Numbered from the whole stretch's first letter, positions 21,342 through 32,775 are shown. The stretch is 63,326 nt of DNA, filler included, from Aduncisulcus paluster (GCA_024181965.1; 5 parts of 5 records of this genome joined end to end with filler, not necessarily neighbours in it); one strand, 5' to 3'. The notes: a model not told the origin generated them from the sequence alone. Numbers and translations: made by a program.

Positions 21342-22001
21342 ATAATTTTCGAGTTTTGATATGATTATTTGAACCCTCATTGATATTGGTCAGATTTTTG
21401 TCATGTTTCTTTTTTCTTGACAAGATTGCAGTGCAAGTCATTGCCAATGATTTTTTTTTCTTGAAATCTTAATTTTTCCCCCCTTTTATGCCATAACAGT
21501 GTTATTAATAATATTAATAAATTCATGTGTCACAGCGTTTGAAAAATCTGATTCTCAGAGATTCAACAATATTTTTATATTGATTTATATCTGAACCACG
21601 GGAGTGAACATAAATGTATCCATGCTGGTGTTGTTAAGCTGAATAAAATGCTCAGTTTCGAAATATGAAAATCTTGGGTTTTCTTCCGGTTCTATTATGG
21701 TCTATTCTTTAAAATTTGGTGAAAGGATATATTTTTACAACGAATTTGAGTGATAATTGATTTATATATATATTTTAACATTTTCAAATCCAGGATCGTT
21801 GTTTTGTTTGTCACACCTCTTTTCATGCGAATTAGGAGCCAATTTTCAATCATATTACATATTTAAAACAATATAGTGATTTTACTCGCATGAATTTATG
21901 TTTATTTCTTCTGCAAATCAAATAGTATGGTGGAATATAAAATGTTTCAATAAGATCAGAAGTTGTTTTACCCATTTTGCAAAATAATTTATGATATAGA
22001 T

Positions 22002-24737
22002 ATGGAATCTTTCAATTTTTTAAAGCAAAGTATGCATATTAATTCGTCAACCATTTTTCAATATAATCTTTTCTTAGATCTATTTATACTCTTTCTAATT
22101 TTCCATGTATTCTTCAAATTCACCAATTTACTCTCGAAAGATTTAGTTCTTAATGGATATTCTGATTCTTTTAATTCCTTGCTTGTTTCTTTTCGTGAAC
22201 TTATCGAAAACTCGATGGATTCCTTCACCGAAACCTCAAAAACAATATTTTCTCCAAATGCGAATGTTTTTATTCGCCAACAAAGTGTTGATATTGAGCT
22301 ACCATTCGGATATCCACGATATTCTTCACTTCGCGGATTTCATTTTGATAGGGTGAATGACTCGATATTTTCCTTGTTATGTGTTGATAATGGTTGTGGA
22401 ATTTGTGCGGAAAGAATTAAATCTTGTTTAAGCAAACCTTTTCATACGGATAAATCTGCTGAACCTGGAAAAGCTGGTCGATATGGGGTTGGGCTAAAAA
22501 CAGTTATAATTGCAAGTCAGATCCTCTTTGGAATCCCTTGTTTAGTCTTAACAAAGACTATTGAGGATGAATGTGTTCGTGTATATTCAATTCACCTCGG
22601 AGAGCGGCATCTGAAAGTTCGTGAGCATGAAACACTTCAATTCGCCTCAAAACTCCAAGCCTTGCAAAAATCGCAACAAATTTCGAGCATTGAGCTGTCT
22701 TCCATTCGCATCCAGCCCTTCTTACGGCATTGTTTCCAAGATCAATATAATCTTAGTTCTGTTCTTGAATTTATTAGTTCCCATAGGTGTAATCCTGATA
22801 TTTCTCCCTCTGATTGTCCTAGAACACAAGGAACTTTGGTTTATATTCCTTCTATGAGCGGTTGTGCCAGAGCGAGTAGACGCATTCTGAGTATTGGCAG
22901 AGTTCTCCAAGTATTTTGTCAAAATGCCTCCGTAAATGTCAATGTTGGGTCTGAATGTACCATTATAAAGGATAGTATTTGTCCTATGACCGAAGTAGAT
23001 TCAATTCTTCATGATGGAAATGAACAAAAAGAGGATACAGTTGAGGCTGAAGATGAGGAAGAGGAAGAGGAAGAGGAAGAGGAAGAGTTAGCAACAAATC
23101 AGCTGGGCTTTACGAACATGGATGATTCATTTGCTCGATTCTTGCGGCGTGAACTGTGTCCTGATCGGTTATTGTCGAGCAGATTGACAGATTCTGAATG
23201 GATATCGGTGTCAGAGGCTGACCGAAGAGTTCAAGGAAGTCGGGCAAGGAGATCTATGACAAACTTGATACGTAGTCTCTCTGATTCTGTTGACACTGGC
23301 AAGGAAGAGAAAACGGGGAAGAGGGAAAATCATTCAGAAAAGGATAAAGATTCAGCTATTTTGACAGATAGACAAGGCAAAGAAGATGGATCATCCAAAA
23401 TAATATCCAATACTTCTAATTCACCAGTGTGTGTACTTGATGGCCAAACAACTGAGAAGAAAACTGAAAAGACGTCTGATTTTGTTAGCGTCCGGAGCCA
23501 TATTGGTCTTGTATTCCATCCTCCAGATTCCTACTCTCCCCCAGTATCTGTTGATCCTACGGTACTCATTCCCTTGTATTCTGTGTCATTGGCAATCGTT
23601 CGAGTTGTCAATGGGGTCGTTCTTCCCCCTAATAATACCTATGAGCACTCGAAGCAACACCTTAGGCTTAAAGTAACTTATGGAGGGAAAGAAAGAGAAA
23701 GATCCCGTGAAAGCTCAAGAGATTATGTTTCTCCACCGACAGATCCTCTATTGTGTGCAACTATCTCCACCTTAAAGACTGAAGGGATGATTTCCTTCGG
23801 TAGTTTGTGTGAAGAATCTGATAAAAGTGCTCAAAAAGAGATCAAACAAGAGTCTGAATCTGGCATCTATTCTGGTGACCCCTTGAAGTCCTTTGAATGT
23901 TCAGATACCCTTAATCAGTGTGCCTCCGTGTTCAAAGTTCGTTCAAATGCACCCTATTTGAAAGCAATCGTTGTATTTTGTTGTGTTAAGGGTGGAGAAG
24001 ATGTTGTTTTTGATAATTGGACAAAGTCTTCACTCTCTCCTTCAAATATAATCCATTCTCTCTGTCTCTCTTGCTCTTCCATGGCCATTCGAAGGATTAT
24101 CAGAGGTCACAAACACATGATCTCTTCTGCTTCTTCTCTTTCTCATGTCAACAAACGACACCATTTGGTTAACATTGCTTCTTTGAGACCCATCCATCAC
24201 CCTGACATGTCCCATCTCGTTTCACTGTTGCTTCCATCCCCTGTGGACCTTGCTCGCATTAAGAATATTCAAATGGGGTGTATTTTAGTCGATAGTTGTC
24301 TTCAGGAGCTTATATACAGTGAATGGCCGAGTGTACGGGAGAGAATGGTTCTTTTATGGAAAAGAGTGGAGGGAAAAGGAAAGAAACTGAGAATGAGAGA
24401 AGAGGAGAGAGAAGAGGAAGAGGAAGAAGAGGAAGAAGAGGAAGTTGGAAATTCTTCTATTTTGGAATCTGATGTTTCACAGTCTTCACAGTCGTCTTCT
24501 TCATCTTCCTTTCAGAGGGTTGAAGATGAAAGATCACATAAACACGAAGGTTCTATTTTTAGAAATGTTGAGAAAGAGATAGAAACGACTGGGCGAATAA
24601 TGTGGACGGAGAGAAAGGTTTCAATCCTATCTGAAGTATTGTGTTGTTGTATTAAACGGGCAGTTCACTCCAAGGTCTGTGTTGGAGATATTGATGTCAA
24701 TAATTATGAAAGAAAGCCAAGGAAAAAATCAAAATAG
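22002..24737 (+). CDS. TOP6B: DNA topoisomerase VI subunit B-like GHKL ATPase, 2 exons (22002-22029, 22141-24737)
   Basis: Spliced N-terminus FLKQNLVLNGYS..NSLLVSFRELIENSMDS; DNGCGI; GRYGVGLK; later F...TK transducer-like segment. Confidence 0.75.
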   Translation: MESFNFLKQSMHINSSTIFQYNLFLDLFILFLIFHVFFKFTNLLSKDLVLNGYSDSFNSLLVSFRELIENSMDSFTETSKTIFSPNANVFIRQQSVDIELPFGYPRYSSLRGFHFDRVNDSIFSLLCVDNGCGICAERIKSCLSKPFHTDKSAEPGKAGRYGVGLKTVIIASQILFGIPCLVLTKTIEDECVRVYSIHLGERHLKVREHETLQFASKLQALQKSQQISSIELSSIRIQPFLRHCFQDQYNLSSVLEFISSHRCNPDISPSDCPRTQGTLVYIPSMSGCARASRRILSIGRVLQVFCQNASVNVNVGSECTIIKDSICPMTEVDSILHDGNEQKEDTVEAEDEEEEEEEEEEELATNQLGFTNMDDSFARFLRRELCPDRLLSSRLTDSEWISVSEADRRVQGSRARRSMTNLIRSLSDSVDTGKEEKTGKRENHSEKDKDSAILTDRQGKEDGSSKIISNTSNSPVCVLDGQTTEKKTEKTSDFVSVRSHIGLVFHPPDSYSPPVSVDPTVLIPLYSVSLAIVRVVNGVVLPPNNTYEHSKQHLRLKVTYGGKERERSRESSRDYVSPPTDPLLCATISTLKTEGMISFGSLCEESDKSAQKEIKQESESGIYSGDPLKSFECSDTLNQCASVFKVRSNAPYLKAIVVFCCVKGGEDVVFDNWTKSSLSPSNIIHSLCLSCSSMAIRRIIRGHKHMISSASSLSHVNKRHHLVNIASLRPIHHPDMSHLVSLLLPSPVDLARIKNIQMGCILVDSCLQELIYSEWPSVRERMVLLWKRVEGKGKKLRMREEEREEEEEEEEEEEVGNSSILESDVSQSSQSSSSSSFQRVEDERSHKHEGSIFRNVEKEIETTGRIMWTERKVSILSEVLCCCIKRAVHSKVCVGDIDVNNYERKPRKKSK
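22030..22140 (+). other. In-frame, stop-free intron (111 nt)
   Basis: GTATGC...AAAG, T-rich, internal CTAAT; removal restores the Topo VI-B N-terminal motif. Confidence 0.7.
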
Positions 24738-24997
24738 AAATTTTTTCTCTTAGAAGTTCTAAAAATTGCTTTGGATGATGTTTTACCGATCGCAAGGAGG
24801 GAGCTTCCTTCAGCGATCATTTTAAAGTTACAAACAACTCCGCCACTCGTGCTGTTCGCTCTGCCTTTGATAGTAAGTTGGACACTTACAAGAAAGCCAG
24901 AAATGAGCTTCTCAAAGATCGTGAGCGACAGCGAAATCGAGATCGATCGCCCAACTCGGTTTCTCTGCAACAAGAGGCTGAAAGGATATTCTGTGAT

Positions 24998-25097
24998 NNN
25001 NNNNNNNNNNNNNNNNNNNNNNNNNNNNNNNNNNNNNNNNNTTAATTAATTAANNNNNNNNNNNNNNNNNNNNNNNNNNNNNNNNNNNNNNNNNNNN
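24998..25097. other. Artificial scaffold spacer
   Basis: N44-TTAATTAATTAA-N44, giving stops in all six frames. Confidence 0.95.
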
Positions 25098-25098
25098 G

Positions 25099-26406
25099 AA
25101 ACATAAGGATAAAAAGAAACATAACCCCAAGGATGGCAAGTCCAAGTATAACCCCAAGCACGACTCGCTAACCCTGACATCTGCAGCCACGCTGACTTCA
25201 CAGTGCATCATTGGCAGTGGTGGGTTCGGAGAGGTTCTTCTTGTTCTTATTGATGGCATTCCTTTCCCATGTGTTCTGAAGAAGATGCTTCGGATTGCGG
25301 ACAAAACTGTTGTGAAAGGGTGTCGGAAGGAGTTTAAAGTGCAACTCAAGTTGTTCACGAATCCCAAATGTTTCAACCGTATCCCACGTCCTCTGTATAT
25401 CCTTGACCTGCTTGATTGCGATATGAAAGGTGTGTATGGCTTCCTGATGGAGTTCTGTGTTGGAGGCAGTGTGAGTGCGTTTGCCAAGCGTTGGTGTGTT
25501 GATGGCAAGTATGTGAGTGTTGATGATACTGCTGATGATAGTGAACCCTCAGACTCTAGTTCTGCTTCTGAAAGTGATGATCATGATCGCTTTGATCCCA
25601 TGACACTGAACCCTGTGAAAGTGTGTTCATTATGTGTTGGAATGATCGAGTGTCTTGATGATGTGTTTGTTGCAAAGAAATCCCTTATTCATCGAGACAT
25701 TAAACCTGACAACTTCCTTGTCCGATTTGATACAAAAAGCAAGGAATGTACAATTGTTCTTGCTGATCTGGGTTTAGTTCAAATCCAGGAATCCGTTTCC
25801 TCTTCCTCTTCTTCAAAGAGTTTTCTTACTTCCAAGAGAGATCAGAAGAAGAGTACTCCCGATCATTCATTATGTGGAACTCTTGTGTATAACTCATTTG
25901 AAGCGCTACAAGCGGGCATTCATTCCCAAGAGAGTGATGGGCATTCTTTGGGCATGTCAATTCTTTCTCTTTTCTTATGTGATGATCCATTTATGAATAT
26001 GACCATTATAAGGGGAATTGACGATCCTATTATGATTATGAAACAAATAATGAAGCTCATGCAAAAAGGGTTGAATCCCAAACTCTCAGCTTCTCCTCTC
26101 TTCAAATCGCTCAAATCAATTGAAGGAGGGAAATATAAGCCCATTTGTAAGGTTTTGAATGATATTTATATTGGTCTTACACAACTTGATGTTGACAAAC
26201 GCATGAGTGTGCATGAAGCTCGTGTGAAAGTCCAATGCATCAAACCTTTCCTTCCCACGATTGGCGAAGACTATGACTGTCCAAGCATTGACGCCATTAT
26301 CCGTGAGCAACGCAAGAAGTATGGTGGCTCTGTTGGAACCATTGAAGGAATGAGATGTGGTGTCGCTGGTGTTGAGCATGAGGAAGGTTGGGATCAGAGT
26401 CAGTGA
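25099..26406 (+). CDS. Ser/Thr protein kinase of an expanded lineage-specific family, 5'-truncated
   Basis: Upstream in-frame IIGSGGFGEV and CVLKK; HRDIKPDN, LADLG, CGTLVYNSFE. Confidence 0.9.
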   Translation, partial: KHKDKKKHNPKDGKSKYNPKHDSLTLTSAATLTSQCIIGSGGFGEVLLVLIDGIPFPCVLKKMLRIADKTVVKGCRKEFKVQLKLFTNPKCFNRIPRPLYILDLLDCDMKGVYGFLMEFCVGGSVSAFAKRWCVDGKYVSVDDTADDSEPSDSSSASESDDHDRFDPMTLNPVKVCSLCVGMIECLDDVFVAKKSLIHRDIKPDNFLVRFDTKSKECTIVLADLGLVQIQESVSSSSSSKSFLTSKRDQKKSTPDHSLCGTLVYNSFEALQAGIHSQESDGHSLGMSILSLFLCDDPFMNMTIIRGIDDPIMIMKQIMKLMQKGLNPKLSASPLFKSLKSIEGGKYKPICKVLNDIYIGLTQLDVDKRMSVHEARVKVQCIKPFLPTIGEDYDCPSIDAIIREQRKKYGGSVGTIEGMRCGVAGVEHEEGWDQSQ

Positions 26407-28111
26407 GTGATGTGGAAAGATTCTGATCTTAAGATGGATGCAAGGATAAGTCATCGAAATGTGATCCCCATGATAAAAGAGGGTGAGAATGTAAGAATTT
26501 GTGAATAAAATGAGGTTTTTCTAAAATGTCAACTTGAGACTGTGGTAGAAATAAATCATCCATATCTGATACATGGGAAAGGAGAAAAGGAGGTGATTAA
26601 GTTCAACCAGAGTTAATGACATCAATAACGACAATCATCCTCATTTCAGACATCATTATGCTTCCAAATTATCTCATTTGTTAACCCTGTTTAGGGTGGC
26701 TAGCAAATTTATTATCGAGAATTAGAGCCGGTACATGCCGGTAACTACCGGTTATACATCAACACATTCATGCTCAACATTTATTAAACAACAGAATCTC
26801 CTCCAATATCATCAAAATCAGGGAGAATAGTATAATCTTTCAATAGTGCAAAAGGTGTTTTTACACCTACAAAAAGGTAGAAATAATCATCAAACAGCCC
26901 CAATAGAACAAAAATACACGATAAAACAACGAAAAAATCATCATTTGAAAAGGCCATTTCTATAAATAGAAATTCTATTTTTAGAACAACACATCAGAAC
27001 TTTGACATTATGAGTCCAAATTATGGTCAAAATGGACATAATCATTTTTGGAGCATGGGATGATCAAGTAAATCATAGCGAACTGATAGAAACAAAAGTT
27101 AAATTGAACAAGAAACATGTGAAATAAACATTAACAGCAAAAATCAAACAAATAGATAAAATTAAACAACATATTAATCTCGAAATTGACAATAATATCA
27201 ATCGTAGGAAAGTCACAAATATGTTAGGAAACAACAAAATAACTATCGTCCAAGTTGGCATAGCAACTCAGTGACAACTANNNNNNNNNNNNNNNNNNNN
27301 ATGTGGTGTCGCTGGTGTTGAGCATGAGGAAGGTTGGGATCAGAGTCAGTGAGTGATGTGGAAAGATTCTGATCTTAAGATGGATGCAAGGATAAGTCAT
27401 CGAAATGTGATCCCCATGATAAAAGAGGGTGAGAATGTAAGAATTTGTGAATAAAATGAGGTTTTTCTAAAATGTCAACTTGAGACTGTGGTAGAAATAA
27501 ATCATCCATATCTGATACATGGGAAAGGAGAAAAGGAGGTGATTAAGTTCAACCAGAGTTAATGACATCAATAACGACAATCATCCTCATTTCAGACATC
27601 ATTATGCTTCCAAATTATCTCATTCATGCTCAACGTTTATTAAACAACAGAATCTCCTCCAATATCGTCAAAATCAGGGAGAATAGTGCAAAAACACCTA
27701 CAAAAAGGAAGAAATAATCATCAAACAGCCCCAATAGAACAAAAATACACGATAAAACAACGAAAAAATCATCATTTGAAAAGGCCATTTCTATAAATAG
27801 AAATTCTATTTTTAGAACAACACATCAGAACTTTGACATTATGAGTCCAAATTATGGTCAAAATGGACATAATCATTTTTGGAGCATGGGATGATCAAGT
27901 AAATCATAGCGAACTGATAGAAACAAAAGTTAAATTGAACAAGAAACATGTGAAATAAACATTAACAGCAAAAATCAAACAAATAGATAAAATTAAACAA
28001 CATATTAATCTCGAAATTGACAATAATATCAATCGTAGGAAAGTCACAAATATGTTAGGAAACAACAAAATAACTATCGTCCAAGTTGGCATAGCAACTC
28101 AGTGACAACTA
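26355..28111. repeat. Two divergent copies (probable haplotypes) around a 20-N gap
   Basis: 26355-27280 vs 27301-28111; the first has 90-, 16- and 9-bp extra segments plus SNPs. Confidence 0.9.
26679..26764. mobile_element. 86-bp non-autonomous element with TGTT..AACA ends and a 4-bp CATT target duplication
   Basis: CATT flanks both sides (26675-26678, 26765-26768); the second copy has an empty site with a single CATT at 27621-27624. Confidence 0.75.
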
Positions 28112-28118
28112 ACGATAT

Positions 28119-28937
28119 TCACCCTTGTTTCCATGCTTCTAAAGGTGTAGATGCAACAAGAACACTTGATCCCATCATAGACACAGCAGGAATATCGATA
28201 TAAAACACATTCATGCAGAATCTGACAAATTGTAAGAGATCGGTGACAACCAACCCAATAAGTAGAAACAGTTCAACATCTGCAAAAAGCATGCAAAGAA
28301 GACCAATAATAACAATGGGAAGACATGTTATATTTCCAGTTATTACAAACTTCCTCGCAAAAGTAGTCATATGAGTTTCATCCAAATCAGAGGTATATTG
28401 TCCATTTTTCAAGTATATTGATCGACAATAGTGGCATGAAATGAAACAAAGAAGATTTGAAACAAAGTAACCAATACCAACCATCACAGTTCCGACAGAG
28501 GCACTAAAAAGTATGACAAATGGACAAATTGAAATGATGGATGATAAAAGCATGTTCTTGAATGGACCTTTTTCTGCATTCATTTCAGTTTCTTGTGCAA
28601 AATATCCATATTTAAAGACACGATAAACATGATAGGCGAAATAGGTTGGAGAAAACAGCTGGGGTATCATTTTTAGACATAATAATACCAGAAAAGCATC
28701 ATCAAGTGCCGTTGAATGAATCATCGTTACAATAGAAAGGATCAAAATGATGAGAAAGATAAAGTTCGTCACAAGAGAAGCGAAATCAACATAAATTATG
28801 GATCTAACTCGCCAGAATGATTGACGATCCTTAGCAAGAGGGAATGCTTTGTAAGCCTTTCTCCACTTAAGGAAAATTATCAAAGAAGAAACACTTATGA
28901 TTAGACTGATTAGTCCGATGAGACTTGTAATATCCAT
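28119..28937 (-). CDS. Multi-pass (about 7 TM) membrane protein
   Basis: 272-aa ORF with about seven hydrophobic segments. Confidence 0.75.
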   Translation of the reverse strand: MDITSLIGLISLIISVSSLIIFLKWRKAYKAFPLAKDRQSFWRVRSIIYVDFASLVTNFIFLIILILSIVTMIHSTALDDAFLVLLCLKMIPQLFSPTYFAYHVYRVFKYGYFAQETEMNAEKGPFKNMLLSSIISICPFVILFSASVGTVMVGIGYFVSNLLCFISCHYCRSIYLKNGQYTSDLDETHMTTFARKFVITGNITCLPIVIIGLLCMLFADVELFLLIGLVVTDLLQFVRFCMNVFYIDIPAVSMMGSSVLVASTPLEAWKQG

Positions 28938-29307
28938 ATTATCAAGGATGTGATAGATTCAATTCAAAGCAATAAGCAAATTAAATGTCAAAATGAGCCA
29001 AAAATCGAACAATATTTTCCTTTTTGTTGACAAAAACAGTAGCTGACAAGAGAATATGTTATCTCTAAGTCTGAAGAATATCAGAATAATCTGAAGTAAT
29101 ATTTCTAATAATCATATAATGATACATAATTTTTTTGCTTCATTTTCATTGAAACCATTTCACAGTGGCTGCCAAAACTTTTGGCCCAAAATCTGTTACT
29201 AATAGTGGTTAGTAGCCAAAGTATTCTTCCGATATATCCACAAAATTAATGAATTTACTCAAAAGACCCGATATTTTTACAATAAACGAATCAATATTTC
29301 AATACAT

Positions 29308-32167
29308 TTACTTTGGATTATCAACCATTCTATCGCCTTCAATATCCATCCCGACTCCCTCAATTTCAGCCTCAAGCTCAAGCATTTCCTCCCCACTAAT
29401 TCCGATACCAGCAAGCTCTCCTCGTCTCTCTGATCTTTCCCTTCCTTGACGCATGGCCACGTTAAAGCCTCCAGCAACATGAATAGCTGTCTGAGGCCCA
29501 AGATGTTGCAGAGGATAGCGAGCCTCCACGACTCCCAAACGCTTCTTCTCCTCCTCTTCCATGAGTTTCTGAACTTCAAGGATTCGCTGCTCTCGTCTAC
29601 GGGTATCGAAATACTTCTGCTTGACATTATGGAGTTCAGCGGTCAAACGCTCAATCTCGACTTTATAATCCTGCACCTGAGTCTGGTACATTGTGAGCTC
29701 GGCAGCAAGAGTTTTAAGCTGACGAGTCTTCTCTCGGACAATCTTCTGATAGCTTGATACCTGCTCAACAATCTCGGGACCAGGCTGTCTCGCAAGAATC
29801 CGTTTCAACTCTAAATATAGCTTTTCTTTCTCTTCTATTAATAGATCTTTCTCAGCAACTTCTTCAGTTTTTGAAATGAGTCGTTTTTGTAATTGTTGTA
29901 TTTTCTGAATCATTTCGTACGAAGCAGGATCACTTCCCTCGAGTCTCCGCCAACGATGCACATTCATGGGGTTCTCAAGCTCGTCCGAGAGTGCCTTTGT
30001 TCTCGCCTTCTCTGTGATAAGATCCGATTGAAGCTTTATAACCTCTCGTTTAAAAGCGGTCATGTCTTGAGTAGCCCTTCGAAGAGCTGAAGTCTCCCGT
30101 TCCAAGTTCTGCATCCTATTTCTTAAATGTCTGATATCTTGAACACGAGCAGCGTATTCTTTCTCTCCGCGTTTCAAAGTGGCTTGTTGGATTCTGATCT
30201 TTTCATATAGCAACTCAAGCTCGTCGTTTCTTCTAATTAACTGGGTGCCAAGAATATCTCTTTCATTCATCATCACCTGAAGATCTTTCTGTTGTCTTTC
30301 ACGTTCACTGTCGGCCTCAGCAATGATGGCATTGAGCTTGCTAATATCTGCTCGTTGTTTGGATATTATAGACTCAGCACGTTCGATATCTCTCTTAAGA
30401 GTCTGAAGTTCAGACTTGTGTTGCTCTTTTTCCTTCTCAATCTTCCTCTTCTCTCCGGTTTCTCTAACAAGAGCAACATCCTTCGTCTCAATCTCTTCTC
30501 TCAATTGGTCAATAGAATGACTCATAATCTTGAATTTCCTCTTCATTTCTGTAATCTCATCCTGCGATTGGATAAGATTCTTTGAGTAAATATTACGATC
30601 AGCACGAACAGCCTCATAGAGCTGCTGTTGCTGTTTCAATCTTGACTCACTTTCGGTGACTTTCTTTTGAAGGTCAGAGATAGTCACATCTCTCATCTTC
30701 ACAATTTGAACAGTCTGAAGGTACTGTTGATTGGATTTAACAGCGGCAGATGCGTGTTGTTCTCTCTCTCTTTCCAGCGTGAAAATGATACGTCGTTGTT
30801 TCTGAGCCTCTTCTTTGAAGGACAGCACTTCTTGTTCAAGGTTCTTCTTTTCCATCTCAGCAACATCTAGAGTATCCTGAACATCCTTTGTACCACCACT
30901 GGCATCCCTTAACTTCCTCATTAAAAGAGATTTCTCTTGTTTGAAATGCTCCATCATTCGTCTGTCACTCTCGACTCCTCGACGCAACGTGTCAATATCA
31001 GCATTTAAATGGAGCACCTCTTCTTTCAATTTGTCTCTACGAGTCGTTATCTCACTCTGTTGACGTCTCAGCTGTTCAATCTGGGCCACATGTTGAGAGA
31101 CCTGACGCTTTGATTTCTGAAGCTCATCACGACTCTTAGTGATCTCTACATCTTTTTGAGCAATGACCTGGCGTACTTCAGAGGTCTGAGCAGCACTCTG
31201 AGCAGCCAACTGGGTCTGGTCATGAAGTTCTTGTTTCAATTTGGCTATCCTACTTTCCAATCGAGATACTTCAGTGTCTGTCTTCTCTTTGCCTCGGCGG
31301 GAGTCGACAATCTCACTTTTCAAGGTCGTAATTTGGGATTTTAGGGATTCTATTTCTTCATCTTTCTTCACGGAATCTTTCTCTTGGTTTTCCAAAAGCT
31401 GGCGTTGTTTCTGGATCTCTTCCTCGAGTCGTTCTTTCCTCTTCGACTCGGTTTCAACCTCGCTATGGCTTTGGAGAACCATATCACGAAGCGCTCTAAC
31501 TTTTCTATCGGCTTCCAGTTTCTCTTTCTCCAATCCACGAGCACGAGTGACGAGATCCACGGCTTCTGATCTCAATGTTGTAATTTGGTCGTTAAGAACA
31601 TCCCGTTCCCTGATGAGAGTGTCGCGTTCTCTTTGAAGCTCCTCAATTCTGGCTCCACCCTCAACAGATACAGCAGATCCACGCTCGGCTAGCTTAGTAA
31701 GAGCGGCAATTTCTCCTTTTAGTTGTTCAATAACATCTTTTGATTGGGCTTCTTGTGCCCTTGTCCGAGCCAAAAGAGAGTAGGCTTTATCAAGCTCAGC
31801 TTTGAGGGTAAAGACTGTTTCATTCTCACCATCTGTAAAATCTCTGACCTTTGTAACTGTATCACTACTGGCAGCAATTTTTTCCCTTAATTTCTTAACT
31901 TGAGCGATGAGAACTTTTTCATTTTCATGAGATTTCTTCAGAGCTGTAAAAACTCTTAAAAATTCTGTAGCAATAACTTCAGTTTCTGCACCACTACCTA
32001 ACTCATTCAAGAGCTACAATAAAATAAGATAAAAACGTAAAAAACACATTAAAATATACACGTTTTCATTCGAAGCAAAAAATCATAAATTCATATGTAT
32101 TACATACCTCGGTAAACTCCCTTTCCATCTGTTCTAAATCAAGAGAGTCCTTTTTCTTATCATCCAT
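29308..32167 (-). CDS. CFAP58: Cilia- and flagella-associated protein 58, 2 exons (32167-32108, 32013-29308)
   Basis: Long coiled coil; LYEAVRADRNIYSKNL, ERDILGTQLIRRNDEL, ELENPMNVHRWRRLEGSDP; intron GTATGT..GTAG at 32107-32014. Confidence 0.93.
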
Positions 32168-32340
32168 CTTGTGTAGTGCACGAAAAGAGAGTGTTTGCCC
32201 TAATTCGAGTGCAATGAAATAAATACATAATTCAAATGCGTTTCCTTTGATTTAATTCTTAGTAAAAGACATATATTAGTTCATATTATATTTTAAATCA
32301 GGATATAAAATTATAGTTATAAACCAGGTTTTGGAGACTA

Positions 32341-32775
32341 ATGTCCAAACCTTCAACGGAACCCAAGGATACATTTCCCCAGAGAATATGTAATAGAATT
32401 GATTTGACTGAATTGATTCATGAAAAAGAACCATTTACAACTATGGATGATACAGCCATGAATGTACGTTGATTTTTGATGTTACTGTTATTTATATTTA
32501 TTTAAATATACATTTTACATAATTTTTTATTCCTAGGCAACAATTACAAGTATGGAACTTTTTATTCATAGTGTAATTGAGAGAAGCCGTGATCTTGCAA
32601 TGGAAAGGGATACGTATGGCGATGTTTCGCTAAGTGAGGTTGATATTAAAAGAGTTTTAGGTATGTTTGATTTGAAATATATATATTTTATTCAAAAATG
32701 CTCGTTTACCTAATGTTTTTTTCTATTGTTTTAGTGGATGATTGGGGAATGGATGATTTTGAGGAGGTTAAATAG
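32341..32775 (+). CDS. TAF12: TAF12-like histone-fold protein, 3 exons (32341-32463, 32537-32660, 32735-32775), 95 aa
   Basis: Introns GTACGT..CTAG and GTATGT..TTAG; product LTELIHEKEP...MDD...ELFIHSVIERSRDLAMER...DIKRVLVDDWGM aligns by eye with TAF12. Confidence 0.72.

Noticed and set aside
24740-24997. Coding-like stretch before the first spacer
   Set aside because: Several frames are partly open and none has a motif; strand and frame cannot be assigned.
1845-28092. Short duplicated ORFs 1845-2045/2212-2412 and 27073-27261/27904-28092
   Set aside because: Non-ATG starts in AT-rich intergenic DNA, duplicated only by the gap overlaps.
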